From contig CBDIIB010000004.1 in assembly GCA_965279525.1 (NCBI GenBank), positions 800,001 through 864,000 of the forward strand: 64,000 bases of DNA, read 5' to 3'. The position numbers and the translations under genes were made by a program. The stretch is from Tagaea sp. Lineage in GTDB: Bacteria > Pseudomonadota > Alphaproteobacteria > CACIAM-22H2. Every line of letters begins with the position of its first letter. Position 1 is the stretch's first letter. The notes beneath the pieces were generated by a model. The model made no database searches. It had not been told where the DNA came from and saw nothing but the letters and a program-made list of their open reading frames with translations. Positions 18,900 through 27,546 of this stretch are shown here, one piece after another.

Positions 18900-18927
18900 A
18901 ATATATATGACTCTTGAAGATTGTCAA
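18900..18927 (-). promoter_or_regulatory. Sigma70-type promoter TTGACA-N16-TATATT with overlapping TCTTGA-N6-TCAAGA palindrome
   Basis: Read on the minus strand: -35 at 18927-18922, -10 at 18905-18900. It points into the rimO/MCP intergenic gap. Confidence 0.55.
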
Positions 18928-18937
18928 GAAAATCGGC

Positions 18938-20728
18938 CTACGCCGACCGGATCCGCGCGAGGAACTGCTCGACGTCGGTCCTGAGGCTCGTGCCCTGGCT
19001 CGCCACGCCGTCGGCGGCCGACAGCACCTGGCCTGCCGCCGCACCCGCCGCGCGGGCGGCCTGCATGACGCTGGCGATGTTGGCCGAGACTTCGGTGGTG
19101 CCGGCGGCGGCAAGCTGCACGTTGCGGGCGATCTCGTTGGTCGCGGCCCCCTGCTCCTCGACCGCCGAAGCGATCGACGTGGCGATCTCGTTGATCTTGC
19201 CGATGGTGCCGGTGATGCCGCTGATCGCGTCGGCGGAGTCCGACGTCGCACTCTGGATCGCCTTAACCTGCTTGGCGATGTCCTCGGTCGCCTTGGCCGT
19301 CTGGTTGGCAAGGCTCTTCACCTCGGATGCCACCACCGCGAAGCCCTTGCCCGCCTCGCCCGCGCGCGCCGCCTCGATGGTCGCGTTGAGCGCCAGCAGG
19401 TTCGTCTGCCCGGCGATGTCGTTGATGAGCTTGACCACGTCGCCGATCTGCTGGGCGGCGTCGGCCAGCGCCTTGACCTTCTCGTTGGTCTGCGTGGCTT
19501 CCGACACGGCTTCGCCGGCGATGCGCGCGGACTCGATCACGCGCTGGCTGATCTCGGCGATCGAAGCCGAAAGCTCCTCGGCCGCCGAGGCGACCGTCTG
19601 CACGTTGCTCGACGCACTCTGCGAGGCGGTCGACATCGCGTCGGCCTGGCGGTCCGCCTGCTCGGCGGCCGACGACAGCGTGCGCGAGGTGGTCTGCAGG
19701 TCCTTGGCCGCCGTCGACAGGATGCCGAGCGTGCTGCCGACCGAGGCGTCGAACCCCTTGATGTGTTCCTCGACCGCCGCGCGGCGCTTCTCCTTGGCGG
19801 CATTCTCGGCCGCCTGTGCGCTGGCCGCACCGGCCGCGTCGACCGCATGGTCGCGAAGCACCTGGATCGAGCGGGCCATGCCGCCGATCTCGTCGGCGCG
19901 CGCGGATTCCGGAATCTCGACGTCGTTGTGCCCGCCGGCAAGCTTCGTCAACACGCCGGTAAGACCGCCCAGCGGAACGATGCAGCGGCGATAGAGCAGC
20001 ACGGTCGTGGCACCGATGCTGGCGGCCAGCAGCACGAACAGCACGGCGAACACGCCCTGCCAGAGCTTCACGCGGCTGTGCGCGCCGGTGACGGCGGCAG
20101 CCGTGCGCGTGTCGAGCAGGGCGAGGAACTCGTCCACCGGCGCCATGATCTCGGCCTTGAACTGGTGATACTCCTTCGAGTGCATCAGCTTGCGCGCCAG
20201 CTCGAAGTCCGGGTCCTTGCGCACCGTGAACTTGCCGGTCGCGTCCTCGAACAGGCCCTTGACCGCGTTCATCGCGACGACCTCGAGCTTCACGAGACCG
20301 TCGGAATTCGCCTGCGCCTGGCGGAGACGGTCGAACTCCTGGTCGGTGAAGCCGGCCTGCTTCATCAGCGTCTGCAGCGGCACCGTCTCGCCGTCGCCGC
20401 GCGGCTTCTTGCCCACGGCCATGAAGTCCCAATAGATGCGGTTATAGTCGAGCGGGCGCGGCTTCTTGCCGTTGCGGATGTCGAGCACGTCGTTGTACTG
20501 CGTTTCGTAAGCCGCATCGCCCGACACGACATAGGTGCGCGCGAGCCGCGTGAGGTCGTCAGAGCTCTGCCGCAACTCGTCGGCCAGCAGATACGAGCGG
20601 TAGCGCGCTTCGGTCGCCCCCTGCACCGCGTCCTGCGCCAGCGTGACCATGACCCACACGCCGACCAGCAACGCCATCAGGCCCGCCGTGACCGCGTTGG
20701 TGACGACGAAGCTCTTCTTGATCGACAT
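18938..20728 (-). CDS. Methyl-accepting chemotaxis protein
   Basis: TM-periplasmic sensor ([16 protein letters not shown])-TM-HAMP (DEIGGMA)-MA domain [34 protein letters not shown]. Confidence 0.97.
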   Translation of the reverse strand: MSIKKSFVVTNAVTAGLMALLVGVWVMVTLAQDAVQGATEARYRSYLLADELRQSSDDLTRLARTYVVSGDAAYETQYNDVLDIRNGKKPRPLDYNRIYWDFMAVGKKPRGDGETVPLQTLMKQAGFTDQEFDRLRQAQANSDGLVKLEVVAMNAVKGLFEDATGKFTVRKDPDFELARKLMHSKEYHQFKAEIMAPVDEFLALLDTRTAAAVTGAHSRVKLWQGVFAVLFVLLAASIGATTVLLYRRCIVPLGGLTGVLTKLAGGHNDVEIPESARADEIGGMARSIQVLRDHAVDAAGAASAQAAENAAKEKRRAAVEEHIKGFDASVGSTLGILSTAAKDLQTTSRTLSSAAEQADRQADAMSTASQSASSNVQTVASAAEELSASIAEISQRVIESARIAGEAVSEATQTNEKVKALADAAQQIGDVVKLINDIAGQTNLLALNATIEAARAGEAGKGFAVVASEVKSLANQTAKATEDIAKQVKAIQSATSDSADAISGITGTIGKINEIATSIASAVEEQGAATNEIARNVQLAAAGTTEVSANIASVMQAARAAGAAAGQVLSAADGVASQGTSLRTDVEQFLARIRSA

Positions 20729-20786
20729 GTCCGCTCTCCTGCCCGCTCGTTCGATTGCGCGATGGAGGCAGGCTAGCGGGAAGGCG

Positions 20787-20801
20787 TGAAATGTCGGTTA
20801 A
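20787..20801 (-). promoter_or_regulatory. CtrA-like box (TTAA-N7-TTCA) upstream of the MCP gene
   Basis: Minus strand TTAACCGACATTTCAC followed by a GCTAGC -10-like element; one mismatch to TTAA-N7-TTAA. Confidence 0.45.
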
Positions 20802-20826
20802 ATTGCTACTTACGAATGTATGACGT

Positions 20827-20929
20827 CCCTCACCCTAGCCCTCTCCCGTAAACGGGAGAGGGGATGCACCGGTCGAGTTCCCTCTCCCGCGTGCGGGAGA
20901 GGCGCGACGTATACGTCGCGGGGTGAGGG
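20827..20929. repeat. Alphaproteobacterial intergenic palindromic repeat (RIME/CIR/REP-like)
   Basis: Terminal inverted ends CCCTCACCC...GGGTGAGGG enclose hairpins CCCTCTCCCG-TAAA-CGGGAGAGGG, CCTCTCCCGC-GT-GCGGGAGAGG and CGCGACGTATACGTCGCG. Confidence 0.85.
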
Positions 20930-20932
20930 TGT

Positions 20933-21283
20933 CTACCGCTTCAGCAGATCCGCCAGCAGCCGCTGCAACTGCGCGCCGTCCATCGCCGCCTCGCCGGCCG
21001 CACGCTCTTCGAGATAGCGCGCGGCGACGGTGGCGGCGAACAGGGCGGCCTGTTCGGGGTGCAGCGTCGTCCAGTGATAGGCGTCTTCGAGCGACGGGCG
21101 GAACGGGGCGCGCTCGGCGCGGTCGGCGGTGTGGAACACTTCGAGCGAATAGATGCCACGGTCGGTGACCGTCACCTCGATCTCCAGCCGCCCCCACGGC
21201 GTGTCGGCCGCATAGACCATGCAGCCCGCGTCCGGCGGGCGGTAGTCGTAGGCGACTTCGCTGAGCATGGGTACATAAGGCAT
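20933..21283 (-). CDS. Hypothetical protein (116 aa)
   Basis: Intact ORF with normal high-GC codon pattern filling the gap between tRNA-Leu and the repeat; no recognisable motif. Confidence 0.6.
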   Translation of the reverse strand: MPYVPMLSEVAYDYRPPDAGCMVYAADTPWGRLEIEVTVTDRGIYSLEVFHTADRAERAPFRPSLEDAYHWTTLHPEQAALFAATVAARYLEERAAGEAAMDGAQLQRLLADLLKR

Positions 21284-21312
21284 GGACCTACACCGTGCCC
21301 GTAAAGGTCATG

Positions 21313-21397
21313 TGGTGCCCGCTGCCGGAATCGAACCGGCACGCCTTGCGGCCCGGGATTTTAAGTCCCGTGCGTCTACCAATTCCGCCAAGCGGGC
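21313..21397 (-). tRNA. tRNA-Leu(TAA)
   Basis: GCCCGCTTGGCGGAATTGGTAGACGCACGGGACTTAAAATCCCGGGCCGCAAGGCGTGCCGGTTCGATTCCGGCAGCGGGCACCA; anticodon TAA, long variable arm, CCA end. Confidence 0.97.
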
Positions 21398-21412
21398 ACA
21401 TGACGCGCATGG

Positions 21413-22174
21413 TCACGGCGGCGGTTCGTCGGTCGCTTCCCCGCCCGTCGAGCGGATCAGCGCTGCGACTTCCGCCGCCACGGCAGCTAATCGTTCGCGC
21501 TGCAGGCCGCGAATGACCACCGCGTTGCGGAACGTGCCGTCGGGGCGCTGGCCGGGATAGGAACCGATCTCGACGTCAGGGTTGCGCGCCTGGATGGCCC
21601 CCAGCCCGTCGCCGATGAGCCCCTCGGCCATGTTGCCGGTGATCGTGTGCGCGATCAGCACCGGCCCGCCCTTGAGGTGGCTCGCGATACCCTCGAACAT
21701 CGCCTGCAGGATGCGCGGCACGCCGGCCATCGTGTAAACATTGCCGGTGCGGAAGCCCGGCGCCTTGCTGATCGGGTTGGCGATCATCTCCGCCCCGCGC
21801 GGCAGCGTGGCCATGCGCAGGCGCGCGGGCGTCAGCTCGTCGTCCGACTTGTAGTTCGAGCGCAGGATCGCGCGGGCTTCCGGGTTGACCTCCCACGGCA
21901 CGCCGAAGGCCTTCGAGATGCATTCGGCCGTGATGTCGTCGTGCGTGGGGCCGATGCCGCCGCTGGTGAACACATACGTGTATTTCGCGCGCGTCTCGTT
22001 GACGACGGCGACGATGGTTTCTTCCACGTCGGGGATCACGCGGATCTCGCGCAGGCGGATGCCCATCGCGGTCAGCCGTTCGGCGAGCCAGCCGGAGTTC
22101 GTGTCCTTCGTGCGGCCCGACAGGATCTCGTTGCCGATGACGAGGATGCAGGCGGTGGGGGCGGAATCGGTCAT
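21413..22174 (-). CDS. CinA-like molybdopterin-binding domain protein
   Basis: IGNEILSGRTKDTN, FTSGGIGPTHDDIT, MAGVP, IGSYP. Confidence 0.92.
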   Translation of the reverse strand: MTDSAPTACILVIGNEILSGRTKDTNSGWLAERLTAMGIRLREIRVIPDVEETIVAVVNETRAKYTYVFTSGGIGPTHDDITAECISKAFGVPWEVNPEARAILRSNYKSDDELTPARLRMATLPRGAEMIANPISKAPGFRTGNVYTMAGVPRILQAMFEGIASHLKGGPVLIAHTITGNMAEGLIGDGLGAIQARNPDVEIGSYPGQRPDGTFRNAVVIRGLQRERLAAVAAEVAALIRSTGGEATDEPPP

Positions 22175-22731
22175 GGCGGCAGGATAGGGGCAGATCCGTC
22201 GCGGCGCACGGCGAAATAGAGGACGCGTTCGTCGCGCTGGCGCGCGGGTGCGAACACCGTGCGCTCGCCCAATGCCACCATGCCCAGCGCTCGAAGCACG
22301 GCCAGCGAGGCGGCGTTGCCCGGCAGGCAGCCGGCCTCGATCGTGTCGACGTCGAAATGCCTGAATCCGGCGTCGCGTGCGGCCGGGGCCGCCTCGCGCA
22401 TGTAGCCTTGTCCGTGGAACCCGGCTCCCAGCCAGTAGCCCATGCCGGCAAGACGCGGGTCCGTGTCGTTGCGCCGGACGCTGACATAGCCGAGGAACGC
22501 CTCGTCCGCCCGACGCACGATGGCGAGCGGCATCACCCGGCCGGCGATCGCCGCGACGACCATTTCCGCGATGCGCCGGATGGCCCGTTCGCGCGTGAAG
22601 GGCAGCGGCCAGTTCGACACGAGCGCGCTGATCTCCGGCGTCATCAGGCGCGACATGTCGGCCGCATCCGCCGGGCAGACCAGCCGCAGGCGCAGGTGCT
22701 CCGTCTCGATCGGTGCGGGCACGCCGTTCAT
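22171..22731 (-). CDS. GNAT N-acetyltransferase (RimJ/RimL family)
   Basis: IETEHLRLR, GYWLGAGFHGQGYMREA, NAASLAVLRALG. Confidence 0.9.
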   Translation of the reverse strand: MNGVPAPIETEHLRLRLVCPADAADMSRLMTPEISALVSNWPLPFTRERAIRRIAEMVVAAIAGRVMPLAIVRRADEAFLGYVSVRRNDTDPRLAGMGYWLGAGFHGQGYMREAAPAARDAGFRHFDVDTIEAGCLPGNAASLAVLRALGMVALGERTVFAPARQRDERVLYFAVRRDGSAPILPP

Positions 22732-22748
22732 GCTATCCTCGTCCGCCC

Positions 22749-23441
22749 ATGCATCCCGCCCTTCTCGCCACGCGCTTTCGCGCCGAAGACGCGCTCGCTA
22801 CCGGGACCACGCCCGAAACCGTGGCGGCCGCCGCGCGCGCCTCGCACGAGATCTTCGACCGCGCGATGGCCAACACGCGCGACGACATCGAAGCGCAAGG
22901 CCCCGTCGCCTGCAAGCAGGGATGCAACTGGTGCTGCCACCAGCACGTGACGGTGCTGGCGGCCGAAGCGCTGGCGATCCACGCGCACATCGCGGGCACG
23001 ACGCTGGCCGACCGCCTGCGTGCCTCCATCCCCGCCATCGTCGGCACCGATCCCAAGGCCCGCAAGGCCTCGCGCACGCCCTGCCCGTTCGTCGACGAAG
23101 GCGGGTGCGCGATCTATGCGCTGCGCCCCAACCGCTGCCGCTCGGTCCATTCGCGCGATGCCGATTATTGCCACCGGCGGTACGAAGGCGTGGTCGACGA
23201 GCCCGTCTCCCCCGACCGGCCGATCCCGGTCGAGCCGGTCGCCCTGGCCGACGCAACGCTCGCGGGCCTTGCCCAGGCCTTGCGCGGGCGCGGCCTTGCG
23301 GTCGAAGCGCTGGAACTGGTCCACGCGCTCGCGGTCCTTGCCGGCGATCCGGGGGCCGCCGGCGCCTATATCGCCGGGGCCGACGTCTTTGCCGGCGCCC
23401 GGCTTGCCCCGACACTGGAAGAATTGACCGCGAAAGACTAG
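22749..23441 (+). CDS. YkgJ family cysteine-cluster protein (putative Zn/Fe-S chelating)
   Basis: ACKQGCNWCCH, PCPFVDEGGCAIYALRPNRCR. Confidence 0.88.
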   Translation: MHPALLATRFRAEDALATGTTPETVAAAARASHEIFDRAMANTRDDIEAQGPVACKQGCNWCCHQHVTVLAAEALAIHAHIAGTTLADRLRASIPAIVGTDPKARKASRTPCPFVDEGGCAIYALRPNRCRSVHSRDADYCHRRYEGVVDEPVSPDRPIPVEPVALADATLAGLAQALRGRGLAVEALELVHALAVLAGDPGAAGAYIAGADVFAGARLAPTLEELTAKD

Positions 23442-23450
23442 ATTGCCCCC

Positions 23451-24275
23451 ATGAATGACGTGCTTGTCGACGCCCCCCTGATCGATTCCGACGGGCGGGC
23501 TGTCAAATTCCACAGCCCCGCCGATTTCGAGGGCATGCGTCGCGCCGGCCGCCTGGCGGCCGAAACGCTCGACTACATCGTGCCGTTCGTGAAGCCGGGC
23601 GTCACGACCGGCGAGCTCGACCGGCTGTGCCATGAGTTCATCGTGGCGGCCAAGGCCATCCCCGCCCCGCTCGGCTACAAGGGTTTCCCCAAGTCGATCT
23701 GCACGTCGGTCAATCACGTGGTGTGCCACGGCATCCCGGGCGACAAGGTGCTGGAGGATGGCGACATCCTCAATATCGACGTGACGACCATCGTGGACGG
23801 CTGGCACGGCGACACCAGCCGCATGTTCCTGGTCGGCGAGGTGGGCGTGAAGGCGCGCAAGCTCGTCGACACGACGTATGAGGCGATGATGCTGGGCCTC
23901 GCGGCCGTCAAGCCCGGCGCCACGCTGGGCGACATCGGCACGGCGATCCAGAAGCATGCCGAAGCGCAGCGCTTCTCCGTCGTGCGCGATTTCTGCGGCC
24001 ACGGCCTCGGCCGCGTGTTCCACGATTCGCCCTCGATCCTGCATTACGGCAAGGCGGGCGACGGCATGAAACTGCGCGCCGGCATGTTCTTCACGGTCGA
24101 GCCGATGATCAATGCCGGCGACTGGCGCGTGAAGGTGCTGTCCGACGGCTGGACCGCCGTCACCAAGGACCGCTCGCTGTCGGCCCAGTTCGAGCATTCG
24201 GTCGGCGTGACCCAAACGGGCGTCGAGATCTTCACCGCCTCGCCCAAGGGCCTCGACAAGCCGCCTTACGCCTGA
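23451..24275 (+). CDS. map: Type I methionine aminopeptidase
   Basis: FPKSICTSVNHVVCHGIP, NIDVT, GDTSRMF, CGHGLG, EPMIN, AQFEH. Confidence 0.97.
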   Translation: MNDVLVDAPLIDSDGRAVKFHSPADFEGMRRAGRLAAETLDYIVPFVKPGVTTGELDRLCHEFIVAAKAIPAPLGYKGFPKSICTSVNHVVCHGIPGDKVLEDGDILNIDVTTIVDGWHGDTSRMFLVGEVGVKARKLVDTTYEAMMLGLAAVKPGATLGDIGTAIQKHAEAQRFSVVRDFCGHGLGRVFHDSPSILHYGKAGDGMKLRAGMFFTVEPMINAGDWRVKVLSDGWTAVTKDRSLSAQFEHSVGVTQTGVEIFTASPKGLDKPPYA

Positions 24276-24285
24276 GCTTCGCTCC

Positions 24286-24900
24286 TCAGCGTTCCGCGAC
24301 CGCGAGTTTCGCCCCCAGCGCCACGAACGCGGCGGCGAAGCCGCGCCGCATCCACGCCAGCACGCTTGGCCGCGTCAGCACGTGCCGGCGCATCGATGCC
24401 GCGAAGGCGCCGTAGCCGGCGAACACGACGAACGTCATCGCCATGAAGACGGCGCTCAGCTCCAGCATGTGCGCGACGGGGGCCGTATCGTCGGGGCCGA
24501 CGAACTGCGGCAGGAACGCGAAGAAGAAGATCGACAGCTTCGGGTTCAAAAGGTTGATCAGCACCGCCGAGCGGATGATGCGCAGCGCCGAACGGGGTGC
24601 GGCATCCGACCCGTTGACGTCGAGGGCGCCGCCCTCCTTCAGCGTCATCCACGCCATGTAGAGCAGGTAGGCCACGCCCAGATATTTGAGCACCTCGAAC
24701 GCCAGCGCGCTGGTGTGCAGCAGCGCGGCAAGCCCGGTGATCGCCGCGAACATGTGCGGCAGGATGCCCAGCGTGCAGCCGAACGCGGCGATCGTGCCGG
24801 CGCGTGCGCCGCGCGTGAGGCCGGCTGCGATCGAGAACAGGGCACCAGTCCCTGGCGAGGCGACGACGATCAGCGACGTGATCAGGAATTCAATTGTCAT
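24286..24900 (-). CDS. LysE family translocator
   Basis: SPGTG, LKYLGVAYLLYMAW, NLLNPKLSIFFFAFLPQF. Confidence 0.93.
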   Translation of the reverse strand: MTIEFLITSLIVVASPGTGALFSIAAGLTRGARAGTIAAFGCTLGILPHMFAAITGLAALLHTSALAFEVLKYLGVAYLLYMAWMTLKEGGALDVNGSDAAPRSALRIIRSAVLINLLNPKLSIFFFAFLPQFVGPDDTAPVAHMLELSAVFMAMTFVVFAGYGAFAASMRRHVLTRPSVLAWMRRGFAAAFVALGAKLAVAER

Positions 24901-25003
24901 GGCGCCGATCCTATCGGCATCGGCCGGCCCCGGACAAGCGCGCCGTGCTACATTTGATAACCGGAGATTGTCATCGGGCGAAGGGCCGCTACTATCGGCC
25001 CCC

Positions 25004-25690
25004 GTGACCGAGTCCGAAGCGCCCCATTTCCACGGCCATCGCCAGCGCCTGCGCGAGCGCTTCCGGCGTGCGGGATCGGCCGGCCTCGACGACTACGAGC
25101 TTGTCGAACTTCTGCTGTTCGCCGCGATCCCGCGGCGCGACGTGAAACCGCTGGCGAAGTCGCTGGTCGACCGGTTCGCCGGCTATGCCGGCGTGCTGTC
25201 GGCGTCGCGCACCGAGCTTGCCCGCATCGACGGGCTGGGCGACGTCGCGATCGACACGCTGCTGGCCGTGCGCGAGGCCGCGGTGCGTCTTGCCCGCGCC
25301 GAGGCGATGGCGAACCCGGTGCTGTCGGGCTGGCAGAAGCTGATCGACTATTGCCGGGCCGACATGGCGCGCGCCCGCACCGAGCATTTCCGCCTGCTGT
25401 TCCTCGACAAGCGCAACCGGCTGATCCACGACGAGGTCCACCAGGTGGGCACGGTCGACCACGCCCCCGTCTATCCACGCGAAATCGCGAAGCGCTGCCT
25501 CGAGCTTTCGGCCACCGCCGTGATCCTCGTGCACAACCATCCGTCGGGCGACCCCTCGCCCAGCCGGGCCGACATCGACATCACCAAGGACATCGCCAAG
25601 GCACTCGGCGCCATCGGCGTGGTCGTCCACGATCATCTGGTCATCGGCCGGACCGGCCATGCGAGCTTCAAGAGTCTGGGGTTGCTCTGA
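25004..25690 (+). CDS. radC: RadC family JAB-domain protein
   Basis: HGHRQRLRERF, DYELVELLL, GTVDHAPVYPRE, HNHPSGDPSPSRAD, HDHLVIG; GTG start. Confidence 0.95.
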   Translation: MTESEAPHFHGHRQRLRERFRRAGSAGLDDYELVELLLFAAIPRRDVKPLAKSLVDRFAGYAGVLSASRTELARIDGLGDVAIDTLLAVREAAVRLARAEAMANPVLSGWQKLIDYCRADMARARTEHFRLLFLDKRNRLIHDEVHQVGTVDHAPVYPREIAKRCLELSATAVILVHNHPSGDPSPSRADIDITKDIAKALGAIGVVVHDHLVIGRTGHASFKSLGLL

Positions 25691-25702
25691 GGCTCGTATA
25701 GA

Positions 25703-26251
25703 ATGACGGACATGGAATCCGTCCTCATCCTGATCGATCTCCAGCAGGCGATCCGCTTCCCCTATTGGGGCCCGCGCAACAATCCGGGTGCCGAGGCGAA
25801 CATCGCCGCCCTGCTCGCGCACTGGCGGGCGACGAAGCGCCCGGTCGTGCATGTGCGCCACGATTCGACCGAGGCCGCCTCCGGCTACCGGCCCGGCCAG
25901 CCGGGCAACGATTTCCTGCCCGACTTTGTCCCGATACAAGGCGAGCGCGTGGAGGCCAAGCGCACCAACAGTGCCTTCATCGGCACGGGGCTGGAGGCGT
26001 GGCTGCGCGCCGCCGGTTCGCCGCCGCTGGTCTTCGCCGGCGTTTCGACCAGCAATTCGGTCGAGGCCACGGTGCGCATGGCCGGAAATCTTGGCTTTGA
26101 TGCATGTCTTGCCGGCGACGCGTGCTGGACGTTCGACAAGAAACTCGCCGACGGCCGCACGATCCCGGCCGCCGACATGCACGCGATCTCGCTTGCCAAT
26201 ATCGACGGCGAATACGCGCGCGTGGTCGACACGGCCTCCCTCCTCCGCTAG
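25703..26251 (+). CDS. Isochorismatase/cysteine hydrolase family protein
   Basis: LILIDLQQ, KRTNSAFIGTGLE, GVSTSNSVEATVR (Ser where many members have the catalytic Cys), DACWTF. Confidence 0.9.
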   Translation: MTDMESVLILIDLQQAIRFPYWGPRNNPGAEANIAALLAHWRATKRPVVHVRHDSTEAASGYRPGQPGNDFLPDFVPIQGERVEAKRTNSAFIGTGLEAWLRAAGSPPLVFAGVSTSNSVEATVRMAGNLGFDACLAGDACWTFDKKLADGRTIPAADMHAISLANIDGEYARVVDTASLLR

Positions 26252-26261
26252 GCTTGGCGCC

Positions 26262-26591
26262 ATGAATTCGCATCCCCGTTCGCACCACGACATGGGCGGC
26301 ATCGCGCCGTTCGTCTCGGAAAAGATCGACCGCACCGAGCCCGAGTTGACGCAGTTCGACAAGCAGGTCGACGCGCTGATGAACCTGCTGTCGCACGCCT
26401 CGCGCCGCATGGTGCGCACCGACGAGCTTCGCAACGCGATCGAATCCCTGCCGCCGGCCGAGTACGACGATCTCGCCTATTACGAGAAATGGATCCACGC
26501 GATTTCCGAGGTGCTCGTCCACAAGGACATCATCGGCGAGGAAGAGCTCGTGCTGAAGCTCGCCGAGATAAAGCAGGAAGAAGAAGGATGA
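26262..26591 (+). CDS. Nitrile hydratase beta-subunit N-terminal-half / thiocyanate hydrolase ScnB-like protein
   Basis: HHDMGG, DELRNAIESLPPAEYDDLAYYEKW, LVHKDII. Confidence 0.85.
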   Translation: MNSHPRSHHDMGGIAPFVSEKIDRTEPELTQFDKQVDALMNLLSHASRRMVRTDELRNAIESLPPAEYDDLAYYEKWIHAISEVLVHKDIIGEEELVLKLAEIKQEEEG

Positions 26592-26887
26592 GGTTCGGCC
26601 CCGGCGACAAGGTGCGTGTGCGCGACGCCTGGCCCGAATCCTCCGGCAGGAAGGTGCATGTCCGCACGCCGCATTTCGTGCGCGGCCGGTCGGGCATCGT
26701 CGAGCGCGTGATGGGCGAGTTCCACAATCCCGAGGATCTCGCATTCGGCGGCAAGGGCCTGCCCAAGCTGCCGCTCTACATGGTGCGCTTCGAGCGCGAC
26801 GCGCTGTTTCCCGGCACGGTCAAGGGCCGCGAGACGCTGACGGCGGACATCTACGAGACCTGGCTCGAGCCCGAGGAACGCGCATGA
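26588..26887 (+). CDS. Nitrile hydratase beta-subunit C-terminal-half (SH3-like) / ScnA-like protein
   Basis: RFGPGDKVRV, HVRTPHFVRGRSG, LYMVRF, DIYETWLEP; ATGA-coupled on both sides. Confidence 0.85.
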   Translation: MRFGPGDKVRVRDAWPESSGRKVHVRTPHFVRGRSGIVERVMGEFHNPEDLAFGGKGLPKLPLYMVRFERDALFPGTVKGRETLTADIYETWLEPEERA

Positions 26888-27525
26888 GCGGCGACCATCA
26901 CGATCATATCCATGTGGGGCATGATCACGATCACGCCCCGATCACCAGTCACGAGCCGCGGCCCGAATACCGCCGGCTGGAGCGCGCGGTGCGCGAACTG
27001 CTGATCGCCAAGGGCATCATCGCCGCCGACGAGGTGCGCAAGCAGATCGAGCTGATGGACAGCCGCAATCCCGGCATGGGCGCCAAGATCGTCGCGCGCG
27101 CCTGGACCGATCCCGCCTTCAAGGCCCGCCTGCTGGCCGACGCCAAGAAGGCCGCTGACGAGATGGGCATCGACACGTCGAACACTGCTGCCGTGGTGGC
27201 CCTGGAGAATACCGAGAAGCTCCACCACATGGTCGTGTGCACGCTGTGCTCGTGCTACCCCAAGGCGATCCTCGGCATTCCGCCGGCCTGGTACAAGACC
27301 TCGGCCTACCGGGCACGCGCGGTGATCGAACCGCGCGCCGTACTGGCGGAGTTCGGCACGACGCTGCCCGACGACGTCGAAATCCGCGTCGTGGATTCCA
27401 CGGCCGATCTGCGCTATCTCGTCGTGCCGAAGCGTCCGGACGGCACGGAAGGCTGGTCGCAGGACCGGCTCGCATCCATCGTCGGGCGCGACAGCCTGAT
27501 CGGCACGACGGTGCCGGTCGCCTAA
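26884..27525 (+). CDS. Co-type nitrile hydratase alpha / thiocyanate hydrolase gamma-like subunit
   Basis: Metal-binding VCTLCSCYP (Co-type Thr/Tyr signature), GAKIVARAWTDPAFK, PPAWYK, DSTADLRYLVVP; His-rich N-terminus. Confidence 0.93.
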   Translation: MSGDHHDHIHVGHDHDHAPITSHEPRPEYRRLERAVRELLIAKGIIAADEVRKQIELMDSRNPGMGAKIVARAWTDPAFKARLLADAKKAADEMGIDTSNTAAVVALENTEKLHHMVVCTLCSCYPKAILGIPPAWYKTSAYRARAVIEPRAVLAEFGTTLPDDVEIRVVDSTADLRYLVVPKRPDGTEGWSQDRLASIVGRDSLIGTTVPVA

Positions 27526-27546
27526 CTCTCCTTACAAGGTCGAAGC

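Noticed and set aside
18668-18937. CRISPR array or small coding ORF (18718..18900) in the rimO-MCP gap
   Set aside because: The repeats are 5-8 nt and irregularly spaced, and no cas genes are present. The ORF lacks an SD and has atypical codon usage.
21283-21397. tRNA-Leu as an integration site (att) for an island
   Set aside because: I found no integrase and no duplicate of the tRNA 3' end in the window.
25004-25690. radC as a mobile-element or anti-defence JAB gene
   Set aside because: It is the full-length chromosomal type near map, with no mobile genes nearby.
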